NCBI RefSeq assembly: GCF_009914755.1
Contig: NC_060928.1
Length of the DNA: 64,000 nt
Reading direction: 5' to 3' (one strand)
Origin: the human T2T-CHM13v2.0 reference genome, Homo sapiens
The notes beneath the pieces were generated by a model that ran no database searches, was not told where the DNA came from, and worked only from the letters and a program-made list of their open reading frames with translations. Positions 1-13,202 of this stretch are shown one piece after another (the first letter of the stretch is position 1; each line of letters begins with the position of its first letter). Made by a program: the position numbers and the translations under genes.

Positions 1-184
1 GCCCAAATTTAGGTACAGTAAAAAATTACCCATTTTTAAACTTTATCTCTATATATTTTTCCCAGAGAACGAAGTGAAATATTATCTATAATTTAAGGGA
101 AAAGAGATTACTAAAGGAAAGGACACTAAAGAAAAATTACTGAAAGGTTTGACAAAAATATATGGAAATAAAAGTATGTTGAAT

Positions 185-551
<367 letters not shown>

Positions 552-1299
552 TTACTTGTATATAATTCCGAGAATAAATACTCAGTGCTGTTTTCTTTAG
601 GGTATAGAATCATCCTTCAAATTTCTAGTTTATTTCTTATGATTCTTTATGTTCGCTAACTTCAATTGTTTCTTTCTCTAAACACCTTGCCAGATTTTCA
701 TAAATATCTTTTTAGTGACAGTTTAACCATGTGTAAACTTATGGATAGAAAGTTGCAGACAGTGGTTAAAAAACAGATGGCATCAACCCCAAAGCCAACT
801 TCTTTATTGGCAGTTCACAAACATCTTCAGCAAGTTACCTGAATTTCTGTGTCTGATCTTGTCTGATCGTACTTCAGATACAATTCTAAATTACACATTC
901 TGAATCTACACACAAACATAACAGTGATGATATAAATCTAAAAATTTCAAACAAAAATAACCTTCTGTGCCACAGCCTCCTATATCTTTAAATATTTCCC
1001 TCATAAGTATGGTTATGACTATAATTAGACTTAGTTATTCAATCACTTCACTTTTGTACTTTCTGTTACTCGCTCCTTTCTTTTATAACCTGTTTAGACC
1101 CCTTAATTTATCACTTCTGAAGCTCAATGTCTAACATGATTGAATCCCTTCTCTTGGTGACCTCATGTTTTACTGGTCTAGTACAGTCACAACCCTAGTA
1201 AAAATTAACTGCATCATTTGCATTAATACTCAGGAGTCCTAAAACTGCTAGAGAAAAATCTCAAATTATTTCCGCCTTGAATAATCCCTCAGTATGACC

Positions 1300-2580
1300 T
1301 GGGTATTTTTATAGATTTCCTACTCACTATTTTAAACCAAAACATGCAACTTGGCCATTACTGACTCAGTCTGAACCAATGACCTTCCCTTTTACTTCAA
1401 AGAGAAAATAGAAACTGAAAATAATCTTTCAAATTATTTTCACCTTCCCAAGAAACATAAAAAAATTATGCATTCATCTTTTTGTCCTCCACTTCTGTTT
1501 GGAGGAAAGATATAGTCTTGGTATTATGTAAAATAAATAATTTTACCAGCGCTCTGGATCCTTCTTTCTAGAAGCCCTTTGTACCTATTTGTGCTGTCTT
1601 CAGTCCCTCACTTCTGGTTACTTCATCCAATTATTTAAACATGTTTAAGCCTCTCTTCTTATAGAAGATAAAAATGAATTTATTACAAAATCTTACTCCT
1701 GACCTGTAACTCAGTCCACGTAACATGGTATACCTGGCTTGTTGGAATAGCTTAACTGTGTGAGAGGGTTGCCCACCACTTATTGTTTCTACTTTCTTAC
1801 ATTCCCTGTTACTCTTTAAACACAATTAACATCAACAGCACTCTATTAAAAGAGCTCTCATTAAGGACATTTATGGTCTCTATGTGGCAAACTACAAAGC
1901 CCAAAGCCCACCTCATCTTACGTTGTTTAACCTGCAGGAGCATCTGACTGTGAACTCACCTTGCTTTTATGAAATATTCTTATTGTTTGGTTCTGTGGTC
2001 CAGATTATTATGCTTTTTCTCCTGCCACTAAGCTTACTCTTCAGCTTCCTTATAAATGCTTTTATTTTCCTCCTGGCTATCTGCTTCTTATCTCCTCCTA
2101 CACAGTTTTCTTGGCTAAATTATTGCATCTTAACTGCCATGATCAAAATAATGACTCTCAGATATGCATTATTAACACAGTTGTCCTTCTTGAGTTTTAA
2201 ATTTATATCCAACTGTCTTCTAAATATTTCTACGATAGCTAAAATTACAAAAACACAAACCTCCACTCACCTTCTATGCCTCAAATGTTTTCTGTTTTTT
2301 TTTTCTCTAGATAGTTTTAACCTGCAACTATCTGAGCAATAAATTCAAATATTGCATTTGACTCTATGTTTATTCTCCTACCTCCAAAAGATTACTACAT
2401 TTTATCAAATTTTGCATCTTAGATAACTTTGCTGCTTTTCATATAGCCATCACTCTAGTTGGCTACCCTATCTCTGGCTTATTTATTTTAATATACTCAT
2501 AAATTTGTTTTGTTTTTGTTTTGTCTCCTTTTGTTTCCCACGTTGAGACAGAATGAGGTAGGTTATGTCATTGTAAAATA
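1300..2580 (+). mobile_element. Ancient L2 (LINE-2) ORF2/3' fragments
   Basis: Pyrimidine-rich degenerate L2-like sequence; 1912-1990 (CCTCATCTTACGTTGTTTAACCTGCAGGAGCATCTGACTGTGAACTCACC) resembles the L2 RT motif LILLDLSAAFDTVDH; boundaries approximate. Confidence 0.6.
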
Positions 2581-4039
2581 TAACCAGATATTTTACTAAT
2601 ATAAATAAATAAGAGCTTACTTCTCATGTATACGTTCTGTCCATGCTGTATTTGTGGTTCATCCTGATCTCTGTAAACCTCACTTCAGGACACCAAAGCA
2701 CAAAGGCTTCAACACTTAGCATATCACCACCCTGTAAAAGGAAGGGGGGGACCATAAAAAACCATGCACAGTCAGCTTCTGCCTGGCAATAATTTATACC
2801 ACTTTCGTTCATATTTTTTGGTCCACATAACGAACTCCTCAGTGGAAAAGTGCAATTTTCTAATGTATACTTTATTTTTCAACAATTATTTGGGTCTCAT
2901 TTCTTTATATAATAAAATTGATTCTTACCAAACACAGGAGTAATAATCCAAATCCCTACTCATTCACAGGATGAAGATGAAATTTCAAGATTTCTAGGGA
3001 ACATAAGAAACCCATAAACTAAAAGTTAGGATATTTGCATGTTTGCTTGCCTCTCCCACCATACAAATTACAGTGGTAGAACATTGTATGGTAAAACATT
3101 AATATAATATCCCAAACCTTTCTGATTCATAAAAGAAAAAAAAATGAGTAGTTTCCTAATTCTGCGTCCTATAAGTAGGTTTCTTACTTAATATCCTTAA
3201 TTTAGCCATTACCTGAAATCTAAATTTAAATTATTGTTTCTAACTCCAATCTTTAATTATTTTGTCTTTTAGGGTTAAGAATCTGCTGCCTTTTTGAATG
3301 CTAAAGATCCCCGAATTCAGGGAATCTCTCTATTCCTTTTTATTCTTGTTTGCTCATTAGCTAATTACTTTTAGCAACTACCATTTACTAGAATTACTTG
3401 CCAACTGCAGCTAACAGAAACCCTCTCCATTTTTAAACTTTTGTTTTTGAGTTCATCCTATGAGTGACCAAATTTGTTCCTGAGGGTAATCATCACAACC
3501 AGGAGCTTCTGCCAACACATCATAGAATAGTTTCTACTAACAGCAGTGTTTGCCATTTTTCTTATCTTCAACATCAAGTTTCTGGCTGGCTACCACCCAG
3601 GCCTTAAGAGAACTCCACAAATGTTTGAACCAGCATGCTAATAGAAATTAACTTCTTCCACATATTCTTTATTCAGAAATTCACTCTTAAAATCTCCAAA
3701 AATAAGAAGCATTGCAGTCAATAACAAGGGAAGGGAAAGTGTTCAGTTGTGTCTTAGCTCGTAACGTCTTCTTCTAGAAGTGGCTGGCATTATTTCACTC
3801 ATATTTCATGGATAGAAAAGTGAAGTGCTATAGTATTCCCAGAAGAAGAACCCAAAAGAATAGTGAACAATACTAATGATCACAAAACCTTCTTCAGCAC
3901 AGTTGTTCATACTATAATTGAAATCATTATTTTTTTGTAAAATATAATCCTATTGTGTTACTTAAATCATACTATCAGTAATTTCTAAAGATGGCTGCAA
4001 ATACCAGCTGTGTGTCACTCCATGCTTAAACTCTTTTAA

Positions 4040-4383
<344 letters not shown>

Positions 4384-4860
4384 TGGAGCATCTGTTATTG
4401 ACCAAGCCATATATCAAGTGTTGACCATGAATGTCTTCATTTAATCTTCACAAACACTCTGAGAGAGAGTGGTTAATATTCTTACCCACAAGACCGCAAA
4501 AGAGGTATATAAACACCACATGGATATTTCCTGATATAAAGTTATAGTAGTAGGCAGAATAGTTCATAGGCTGTTTTCTTTAAAAAAAAAATGTATGTTT
4601 ATATGTCAGGTATCTAAGAGAAACATTTGTATTTATTTTGCACGAATCCCTTAAAAAATGTTCGTGTAAATTGCTTGCCATTTAAAGTAGTATTCAAATA
4701 AGATAAAGATGGGTGCTCAAATGAACCATATTATTAAAAATTTTCCAACTGATTCTAGCTATAGATGTACAACTGCAGTTTATGGTGACAGTTAGTGAAA
4801 CAAAAATTCAATATATTGTTTACATAAAGACAAAATTACTTGAAATTTTATCTTAACTAG

Positions 4861-5279
4861 TGTCGTGGTTTGAGTGTGCCTCCAGAATTCACACGCTGGG
4901 AATTCATTCCCCTGTGTGGTGGTGTAGGGAGTTGATTAGGTTGTTAAGAGGGAATAATGTCACTCTCACAGGACTGGGTTAATTCTGCAGGAACGTGTGG
5001 GTTCTCACACTCCTGGGACTGGATTAGTGACCTAGAAAGCAGAGTATTATAAGGCTAGGCTGTTGCTCGTGTTTTGATCCTGTTGCATGACTGCTTTCCC
5101 TGCTATTTCTCTTCTATGTGATGACTGAGCACAAGGCCCTCACCTGAAGCCGACTAGATTTAGCTGCCAAATCTTGACCCTCTCTGCCTCCAGAACTGTA
5201 AGACAAAATAAACTTCTATTGCTTCTAAATTACCCCATCTGTGGTATTCTGTTAAGGCCACAGAAAATGGACTAAGACA
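4861..5279 (+). mobile_element. MaLR solo LTR (MST/MLT1A-like)
   Basis: Starts TGTCGTGGTTTGAGTGTG, ends GGACTAAGACA; AATAAA near the 3' end; 5-bp TSD ACTAG/ACTAA. Confidence 0.88.
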
Positions 5280-7233
5280 ACTAATATTCTCCTAAGCTTC
5301 ATTGTTACAAGCATTCCCTGAATTTTTTACTTAGGGGCTCGGATGTCAACACTAAGATAGATTTTTCTTTCCAACTATTCATGTTCTAAACTACCATTAT
5401 ACCCACAATAAAAACTGCATTAATGTAAATGGGCTTCATTGCACTTCACTTTATGTTGAGTACAGTCTACTTGATTTCTACAAAAATAAATTACTTTTAT
5501 CCATTCCAATTCCTAAACCACTTTGTGGAAGGAATATTTGAATTCATCAATTTTAGAGAGACATTGAATCATCCTTCAGCAATATATGATGACATTTTGA
5601 GTACAAATATCAAGATTATTATTTTTAATATTAAATATTACCTGAGTGTTTAAAGTGGCTGAAGAGCATATTAATATTAAATATTATTTCTGACATTTTA
5701 AAAAGGTCAAATATGCTGCTGTTATACAAAAACTATTAGCAGAAACATCAAATTATTATAATCATTCTAAACACTAATTTGGTTCAAAAGTTAACATTTA
5801 GGGAGTTTGGACTCAATATTTCTTCTCAGTGAAGGTCAACATAATTTCACTGCTCAAGTTTTTGCCAAAAAATTTTTCACTCCATTTGAAAATCCTAATT
5901 TAATATCAACATGGGCTTTGTCTCTAAGACTAAGTGAACATTTTAATTTTTCCTGGATGACTACAGCTGCTATAGAAAAAAGTTTTTTCACTTCCAGCTA
6001 ACTCTTTTAAAAGTCATAAGTAATAATTGAGCACAAAATGTAGCTTGAGAAACTACAAGCTTGAGAAGGATGTTTGCTTCTTTGTAATGGAAAGAACAAA
6101 TTCTTCTCCACTATTCACCAATGACTCAATAGAGGGCTAGACCTTGAGAACTAAGTATCAGCTGCCTGTCTAGTATTTCAAACTTATTCTATTGCTTACT
6201 GCTTATTCTAATATTTATAAACTTTAATAGAATATTTCTCTCATTTTAAAGCAATAAGCGGTCACAAGGAGATTTTTGGCTAGACCTTCTGCATCTCATC
6301 TCTTTTGCTTTCTTTATAAATATTGAGTCAATATCTACTTTTTTTTTTTACCCATTTCTTATTTTATTTTCTTCTCTTTGTACTTTTCCATTTTTTCTAT
6401 TTATTCAGTTTTCTTCTCCAGAAGGATTTTTTAAATTGTGATTTGGCACATCCTCAAGAGCACTTTATACCTGTAAGATCTTTAAATATCCACATGTGAC
6501 TAACTGAATTTCAGTTCAGAGAAAGCAGATTACTGGGATATTTTATGTATGGAATCTTTGGCTATATAACAATATTTACTATGCTTTCCCTTGTGTCTTC
6601 TCTATTTATTTGATTTTTTTCTGAAAATAATGACTTTGTGTAGTTCTTAAAATCAATATTTTCAATATAGTAATGACCACCATGTATATATTCTTTAAAA
6701 TGTACAAGGTTTTTTTACTTGACTTAAATTGTTGAATTCTAACAGCATCCCCATATTCTAGGAAGCATCCTCATCTTCTATATACTAGTACAGAAAATGA
6801 AACTCCAGTACATCACGTATCTTGTTCAAATTGAAACAGCTAATAAGTGTCTAAACTAGATCTGGAACAAAAATCCTAAAACACAATCTTTTCAAATGTT
6901 CTTTATAAAAGATTATATGAAAATATACATTTTTTTCCAGTCTTCATGGATTCACATGTCCTTAAACTATTAACAAGTACTTGGAAGCTCATCACACTGA
7001 ATAAAAAGCATCTTGAAATGACTGCAGATCTTGGGACCATTCTACTACGAGAATGAATTAGCCAAAAATTTGGTGATTGTCGTCCATGAACTTAGGTAGG
7101 ACAAGTGTGCTAACTTTCACATGCCAGAGCCACTGTTTTTTCACTCTGAAGAAGTGTAACTTCTATTCATACAAATGGAACAGAGTGTTTTATCCATGAC
7201 TCTGATTTACCTTTATCAGCATTAATATATACT

Positions 7234-7577
7234 CAGTCAGCCCTCTGCATTTGTGGGTATCCCATCAATGAATGCAATCAAGTGTGAATCAAAAATACGT
7301 AAAAAAAATGCACAGATGCTTTTGTATGGAACATGTGCAGAATTTTTTTCTCATTATTTTTCCCTAAAAATGCAGTAAAACAACTATTTTTGTACAACCT
7401 TTCACTCTGTATTAGGTATTATAAGTAATCTAGAGATAATGTGAAGTATATGGGAGGGTGTGTTTAGGTAATTTGCACATACTACCTCAATTTATATAAA
7501 GAATTTGGGCATTCATGGATTTGAGTATCCACAGAGGATCCTGAAACCAGTTCCCCATGGATACTGAGAGACAGCTG
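7234..7577. mobile_element. MER2-like Tigger (TcMar) non-autonomous DNA transposon
   Basis: Termini CAGTCAGCCCTCTG...GAGAGACAGCTG; internal TATTAGGTATTATAAGTAATCTAGAGAT motif typical of MER2. Confidence 0.85.
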
Positions 7578-7624
7578 TGTGTGTGTGTGTGTGTGTGTGC
7601 ATGTGTGTGCCTGTGTGTGTGTGT
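7576..7624. repeat. (TG)n microsatellite
   Basis: Interrupted TG run. Confidence 0.95.
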
Positions 7625-7773
7625 AATCCTTAATGGATAATATATGGAAAATATGTCAATTAGAAATAAAATATGTTACTGAACAACTTTTTTTCGTCTT
7701 GCTATCTTTCTCTGTCTAGATGCTGATAGTCTTCTTAGTTCCTATATTCTATTTCCAGAATTGCTGAAGTTTT

Positions 7774-7978
7774 ATCACATTTTCTTCTGCCCTTTATTAC
7801 ATAATTTCATAGTTTCAGAACCTCTTTTCTCTCTTTAATATGGCTCATGCTTGGTCTCTCTAATTATTACATACTACACGTACAATCTTCACCAAATGGT
7901 GCCTCTTTATCTATAAACTGAGGAGAGTCATGATACCTAATCTAAGGTGCTCAGTGTAATACCTCGCACCTGCTGATA
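7774..7978 (+). repeat. Old direct duplication, copy 1 (partner 8986-9190)
   Basis: ATCACATTTTCTTCTGCCCTTTATTACATAATTT...TAATATGGCTCATGCTTGGTCTCT...TTACATACTACAC aligns collinearly with copy 2. Confidence 0.85.
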
Positions 7979-8280
7979 CTTTTTAAATAGTGAATGTTAT
8001 TGTTGCTATGATGTACAGTTTCAGAGTTTTTATTTGACCTTGAATTCTGCCATACGTACTTTATTTCTGCCATTTGATTTATGAACTCCAGTTGTTCTTT
8101 ACAGCCCAGAGGGTCTACCCTAAGATTGCCAGTGCCCCACCATCCCTATGGCTCACTCCTAAGGGAGAACAGGCTGAGTAAAGGCAGTCAGATTCCTCTG
8201 TCAGGGGTAGTAGATTCAGTCACTCTTGGGTTTTGTGACCCTCTGGGAACAAAATTAGTACATTTTTCAAAATGTTGTCC

Positions 8281-8864
8281 TTAAAATGCCAACCTTTTTG
8301 AAAAGAAAGCAGATATTTTCAGATATTCTATCTGTGGTTTATCCATATGTATATTTCCCCCTCTGCTTCCATAGAACCAATATTGAGCCTGCTGAAAATA
8401 AATACCATTTGTTCTTTCTGAGTGTGCCTGCAGGAAGAGTCTTTTCAGCATGAATTGCATATTTAAGTTTCCTGCTGCTTTCAATCCATCTAGGATTAAC
8501 CAGAATTTACCTGTTTACAGTAAATGAAAGGGATATTGGATATTTGATCAAGGACAGTCCTCAGGCCTTATAGTTCCTTCTATTTGTTAAATTTTAATGT
8601 CGTTTAGCCTCTGAGAGTGGAGAACAAGTTTCCTCGAGACCAGATTGCTCTAATTTATAGGGAAGCTTTTTGAATGAAATGGAGCTGCAAGGCTAGTTTT
8701 TATTTGTTTTGGCTTAAAATGTTTGCTTTTTTTCTATCACTTGTTTGTCACAGGGGATCCATTGAATGTGTGGATTTTTACAGATCCGAAAAATCTGTCG
8801 ATATGAGATGAGTTGGTCTGTATTTGCTGCTACTATTACGATCTCTTCTCTCCTGGGACATCAT
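8281..8864 (-). pseudogene. Fossil exon E16 (putative terminal exon; 3' end uncertain)
   Basis: Acceptor ACTGTGTTTGTAG|ATGATG; MMSQERRDRNSSSKYRPTHLISTDFSDL*; a later open stretch 8510-8281 KFWLILDGLKAAG...KRLAF*; minus-strand AATAAA at 8060-8065 and 8029-8034 (weak evidence in AT-rich DNA). Confidence 0.4.
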
Positions 8865-8985
8865 CTACAAACACAGTTCATAAAAAGGAAGTGATTACAG
8901 TGTTTTAAGTCATGATTAGGCTACAGATAAGTAAATAGGCCCAACTACCTTATAACAGTCTTATTTTAATAAAACAATTTAATAA

Positions 8986-9190
8986 ATCACATTTCCTTCT
9001 ACCCTTTATTATATAATTTACTAGTTTTTGATCCTCTTTTCGCCTGTTAATATGGCTCATTCTTGGTCTCTACAATCCTTACATACTACACATAAAACTT
9101 TCAGCATTTTGTGCCTCTTTATGTGTACAATGAGGCAAGTAATTTTCCCTAAACTAAAGTGCTCTACATAATACTAGCCTCCTGTTAATA
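8986..9190 (+). repeat. Old direct duplication, copy 2 (partner 7774-7978)
   Basis: ATCACATTTCCTTCTACCCTTTATTATATAATTT...TAATATGGCTCATTCTTGGTCTCT...TTACATACTACAC. Confidence 0.85.
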
Positions 9191-10171
9191 GGTGTGTTTG
9201 GAGTGTTTGTAGACTCTTAGAACCACTAGTAAAGCCCACATAATGTTTACTAGCATGTTGCTTTTGTGATTGTTATTACTGTTGTTTTTAAGCTTATAGT
9301 GGTGTAGAGGTTTTCTCAATCTGTCGTATCTTTGCACTAATAAAAGAATATAGAAAGATACATTTAGGGGAGGAGATAGAGAAAGACAGAGAGAAAAATG
9401 GAGAAAAAGGCGTAATGTATATGATGAAAAGGGAAAGATACTCTAGAGAAGGAATAGGTGACATTATGGAAGCATACAGTATTACATACACTGTTTCCCA
9501 TAATAACGTGTCAATTAAAATTTGGCAAAAAAATTGAGGTAAAGAATAATATAAAATCCTGCTTTGCATTAATTATTAAAATTATTTAATTGAATAATCA
9601 GATGTTCTTTGTAATTAGATATTGATATAACATCTAGTGAAATTAAAAAATCCTTTGATTTATTTCTAAATAATATTTGTATACAAACTTCATTAATATT
9701 TTATATTAATATGTTAAATATTAATATAAATATTTTATGAGAGAAAGTTAAATAATAAATATTTTTATTATTAATACTTTATAAAAGAAAGTTAAATAAT
9801 AAAAGTGAGTATGTACAGTGCTGAGACTGGCACATAGTAGATATGTAATAATTATAATATGAATGTTTCTGGGATAAATATTAAAGGTAACACATGAAAA
9901 CAAACCCATGTTCAACATGGACCTAAACATTTATTATGGTTCTGTTTTAGAATTTAGGGACTCCAGTTTGTTAATCTAAAATAAATTGGCACATTAGTAT
10001 TAATCTTGAAAACCTTGCAAAGTTATTGTGACAATAAAATAAATTATTAATTTATGAATTAATTCATGCCTTCAACAAATATATATCAATCATGTAAGTA
10101 CTTTGCTCTAGCTGTAGACTAGTCACTGAGAAGATAATAAGACTGCCCTTTAAGAGGGGGATGATGTTCAC

Positions 10172-10640
10172 TGAGAGACTAAATATTGAAATGGACAATG
10201 ACCAGAACAGGCATAAAAACACAATCTGGGCCACGATCTCTGCAGAAACTAGTCTAGAAAGCCAAACTACAACCACTGCAGCAATTGGCTCCAAATGGTC
10301 AGGACTTAGTCACTGAGAGGCAGCTTCTCTAACTTCTGCCTTTAGTTCCAATCTAGGATCAACGAGAGTAAGCCAGATATGCTCCCCAGATAATCACAGA
10401 GGAGCCTGGGTTCTTGTTAACCTACCTCCAGATTTTCTATGCCAACCACCTCCAATCAGAGTTCAACCAACGCTGCTTCTTTTTTTTTTTTTTTTTTAAC
10501 CATAAAGCTTTTATATTCTCCTGCCTATTTTGAATTGTTACCAAACTCAGGTGAGGGGCACAGATTCCCTTGCTAGCTCTGTATAAATAACCTCTGCTGA
10601 TTTTCATTTGAGTGATCTTTGATAATTTCCAGATTATATA
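10172..10640. mobile_element. Old LTR (MER21/MER77-like)
   Basis: CTGCAGCAATTGGCTCCAAATGGTCAGGACTTAGTCACTGAGAGGCAGCTTCTCTAAC motif, CCAATC box; interrupts an L2 fragment; family assignment tentative. Confidence 0.55.
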
Positions 10641-10796
10641 AACAGACATATCTTATATCAACAACTGAGAAATGTAATAAATTCTGTTATGGGATAATTT
10701 GTTGGTAGGAATTGTATAGAAGACAAAAAAGATAGTGAATTTTATTAGAAAAGTGAGAAAGTTTAAAAAGCAACCTTGGATTTTCAATTTCAACTC

Positions 10797-11242
10797 TGTG
10801 TTTGTCATGGTTCTCCGGAACAGCAAAACTAATTGTATAGATATATAAAGAAAGGGGATTTTATTAAGCAGTAAGAACACATGATCACAGGGTCCCACAA
10901 TAGGCTGTCTACAAGCTAAGGAGCAAGGAAGCCAGTCCCAGTCCCAAAGCTGAAGAACCTGGAGTCCAATGTTCGAGGGCAAGAAGCATCCATCATGGGA
11001 TAAAAATGTAGGCCAAGAGGCTAGGCCAGTATCATCCTTTCACATTTTTCTGCCTGCTTTAAACCCTGGCTGCGCTGGCAGCTAATTAGTTGGTGCCCAC
11101 CCAGATTAAGGGTGAGTCTGCCTTTCCCAACCGACTGACTCAAATGTTGATCTCCTTTGGCAACATCCTAGCAGACACACCCAGGATAAAAAATCAGCAT
11201 CCTTCTATCCAATAAAGTTGATACTCTGTGTTAACTATCACA
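10797..11242 (-). mobile_element. MLT2A-type LTR (3' LTR of HERV-L)
   Basis: TG...CA bounded; GGTGCCCACCCAGATTAAGGGTG and CAAATGTTGATCTCCTTTGGCAAC MLT2 motifs; adjoins the minus-strand PPT-like GGGGGTGGACT. Confidence 0.92.
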
Positions 11243-13202
11243 AGTCCACCCCCTGTCAACTTGAACCCATACGCATCTCCTGAGATCATACATAATCTTC
11301 AAACAAAGACAATAATAAGGTCATAATTATGCCTAACATAATACAGCTATCCTTTGTACAACCAGAAACGCACAAATCCCCAACCCAAATGCTATTACAT
11401 AAAGTTAACAATAGTCAAATGCTGATATGAAGTCAATAAATCTTATGTCACATGATATAGGAAAAAGGAAATAAAATGTAGGTATTTTCTTAGTACAAGT
11501 GTATACATGCACAAACGTTTTTAACAAAAGGAGGAGGAAATACTGATGACAACTACAGTCCTCACTTCTGCAACTGTTGACGTTGTCGTAACTGGTATTG
11601 ATAACTATCTTCTTCTACTATCTACTATCCATTCTGTATTCCATTTGCCTTCAGCAAGTACCTCAGTAGGTCATGGTTTTTGCCTGGTGAAGTGACCCAA
11701 AGCGTCATTCCTAAAGGGCATAGGCTATTTGCAGTCTGACCTGGATTGGACTGTTGTATTTTCCCATTGACCTTAATCACAGGGCATGGTAATACTAAGA
11801 GATGCCCTTTTAGATCTCCTGTATTTCATGCATTGTTTTCCTTACCTCCATTGTATAATAGTAGACTGATTTCATCTTGATAGTCCAGGTCAATCACCCC
11901 AGCCAACACTGTAACTCTTTTCTTATCCTGTTGACTTAAAGGTAGGAGGAACCCAAAGTGTCCAGGTGGAAATTTAACTTCCAGTTGAATAGAATCATCG
12001 TTGTCTCACCTGGTGGCAGTGTTCCTCCCTCTGGAGCTAAGACCTCTAGGCCAGTAGAACGTAATGTTGTGGGAAAAGGAAGCAAAAATTTTGCCAGTGG
12101 ATCACTAGAGGTGATGGTGAGTGGTGCCATTTCCTCTTCCACCCCTTGATTCCTGGACCCATGAATCCTGGCTATGGGAGAAACAGTACCATATATTGGA
12201 TGCTGATTCAGAGCATACATGGCCTTCTGGAGAACTTTGACCCAGCCTTGCAAAGTATTATCACCTAGTTGGCATTGTTATTGTGACTTCAAAAGGCCAT
12301 TCCACAATTCTATCAATCCAGCTGCTTCAGGATGATGGGAGACATGGTAAGACCAGTTAATTCCATGAGCATGAGCCCACTGCCACACTTCTTTAGCCAT
12401 AAAGTGAGTGCCCTGGTCAGAGGCAATGCTGTGTGGAATACAGTGGATAAGGCATTCCATGAGTCCACAGATGGTAGTCTTGGCAGAAGTATTGTGTGCA
12501 GGATAGGCAAACCCATATCCAGAGTAAGTGTCTATTCCAGTGAGGAAAAACCTCTGCCCTTTCCACGATGGAAAGGGTCCAGTATAATCAACCTGCCACC
12601 AGATAACTGGCTGATCACCCAAAGGAATGGTGCCATATCGAGGGCTCAGTGTTGGTCTCTACTGCTGGCAAATTGGGCACTCAGCAGTGACCATAGCCAG
12701 GTCAGCCTTGGTGAGTGGAAGTCCATGTTGCTGAGCCCAAGTGTAACCTCCATCCATGCCACCATGGCCACTGTGTTCATGGGCCCTTTGGGTGATGACA
12801 GGGGCGGCTGGAGAAAGAGGCTGAGTGGTGTCCACAGAACGGGTCATCCTATCCACTTGATTATTAAAATCCTTCTCTGCTGAGATCACCCGTTGGTGAG
12901 CACTCACATGGGATACAAATATCTTCACATTTTTGACCATTCAGAGAGGTCCATCCACATACGTCTTCCCCAAATTTCTTTGTCACCAATTTTCCAATCA
13001 TGCTTCTTCTAAGTCCCTGACCAACCAGCCAAACCATTGGCTACAGCCGATGAATCAGTATATAATTGTACATCTGGCCATTACTCCTTCCATGCAAAAT
13101 GCACAACCGGGCACACTGTCCAAAATTCTGCCCAGTGGGAAAATTTCCATTCACTGCTGTCCTTCGGGGATGTCATAGAAAGGGGCCATAGTGCTGCAGC
13201 TG
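11243..13202 (-). mobile_element. HERV-L internal 3' half: disrupted RNase H, integrase and dUTPase
   Basis: ORF fragments HVSAHQR...NNQVDRMT...HGGMDGG...CPICQQ (RNase H end plus HHCC zinc finger), WQVDYTGPFP...SDQGTHF...HHPEAAGLIE (integrase core), LAPEGGTLPPGET (dUTPase). Confidence 0.95.

Noticed and set aside
1884-2342. 152-aa hydrophobic ORF
   Set aside because: Chance frame in a T-rich L2 fossil.
5626-5686. TAATATTAAATATTA repeated 46 bp apart
   Set aside because: Only two AT-only copies; expected in this base composition and not an array.
11936-12940. Integrase, RNase H and dUTPase ORFs as a possible domesticated gene
   Set aside because: Fragmented by stops and frameshifts as expected for an ordinary decayed HERV-L.
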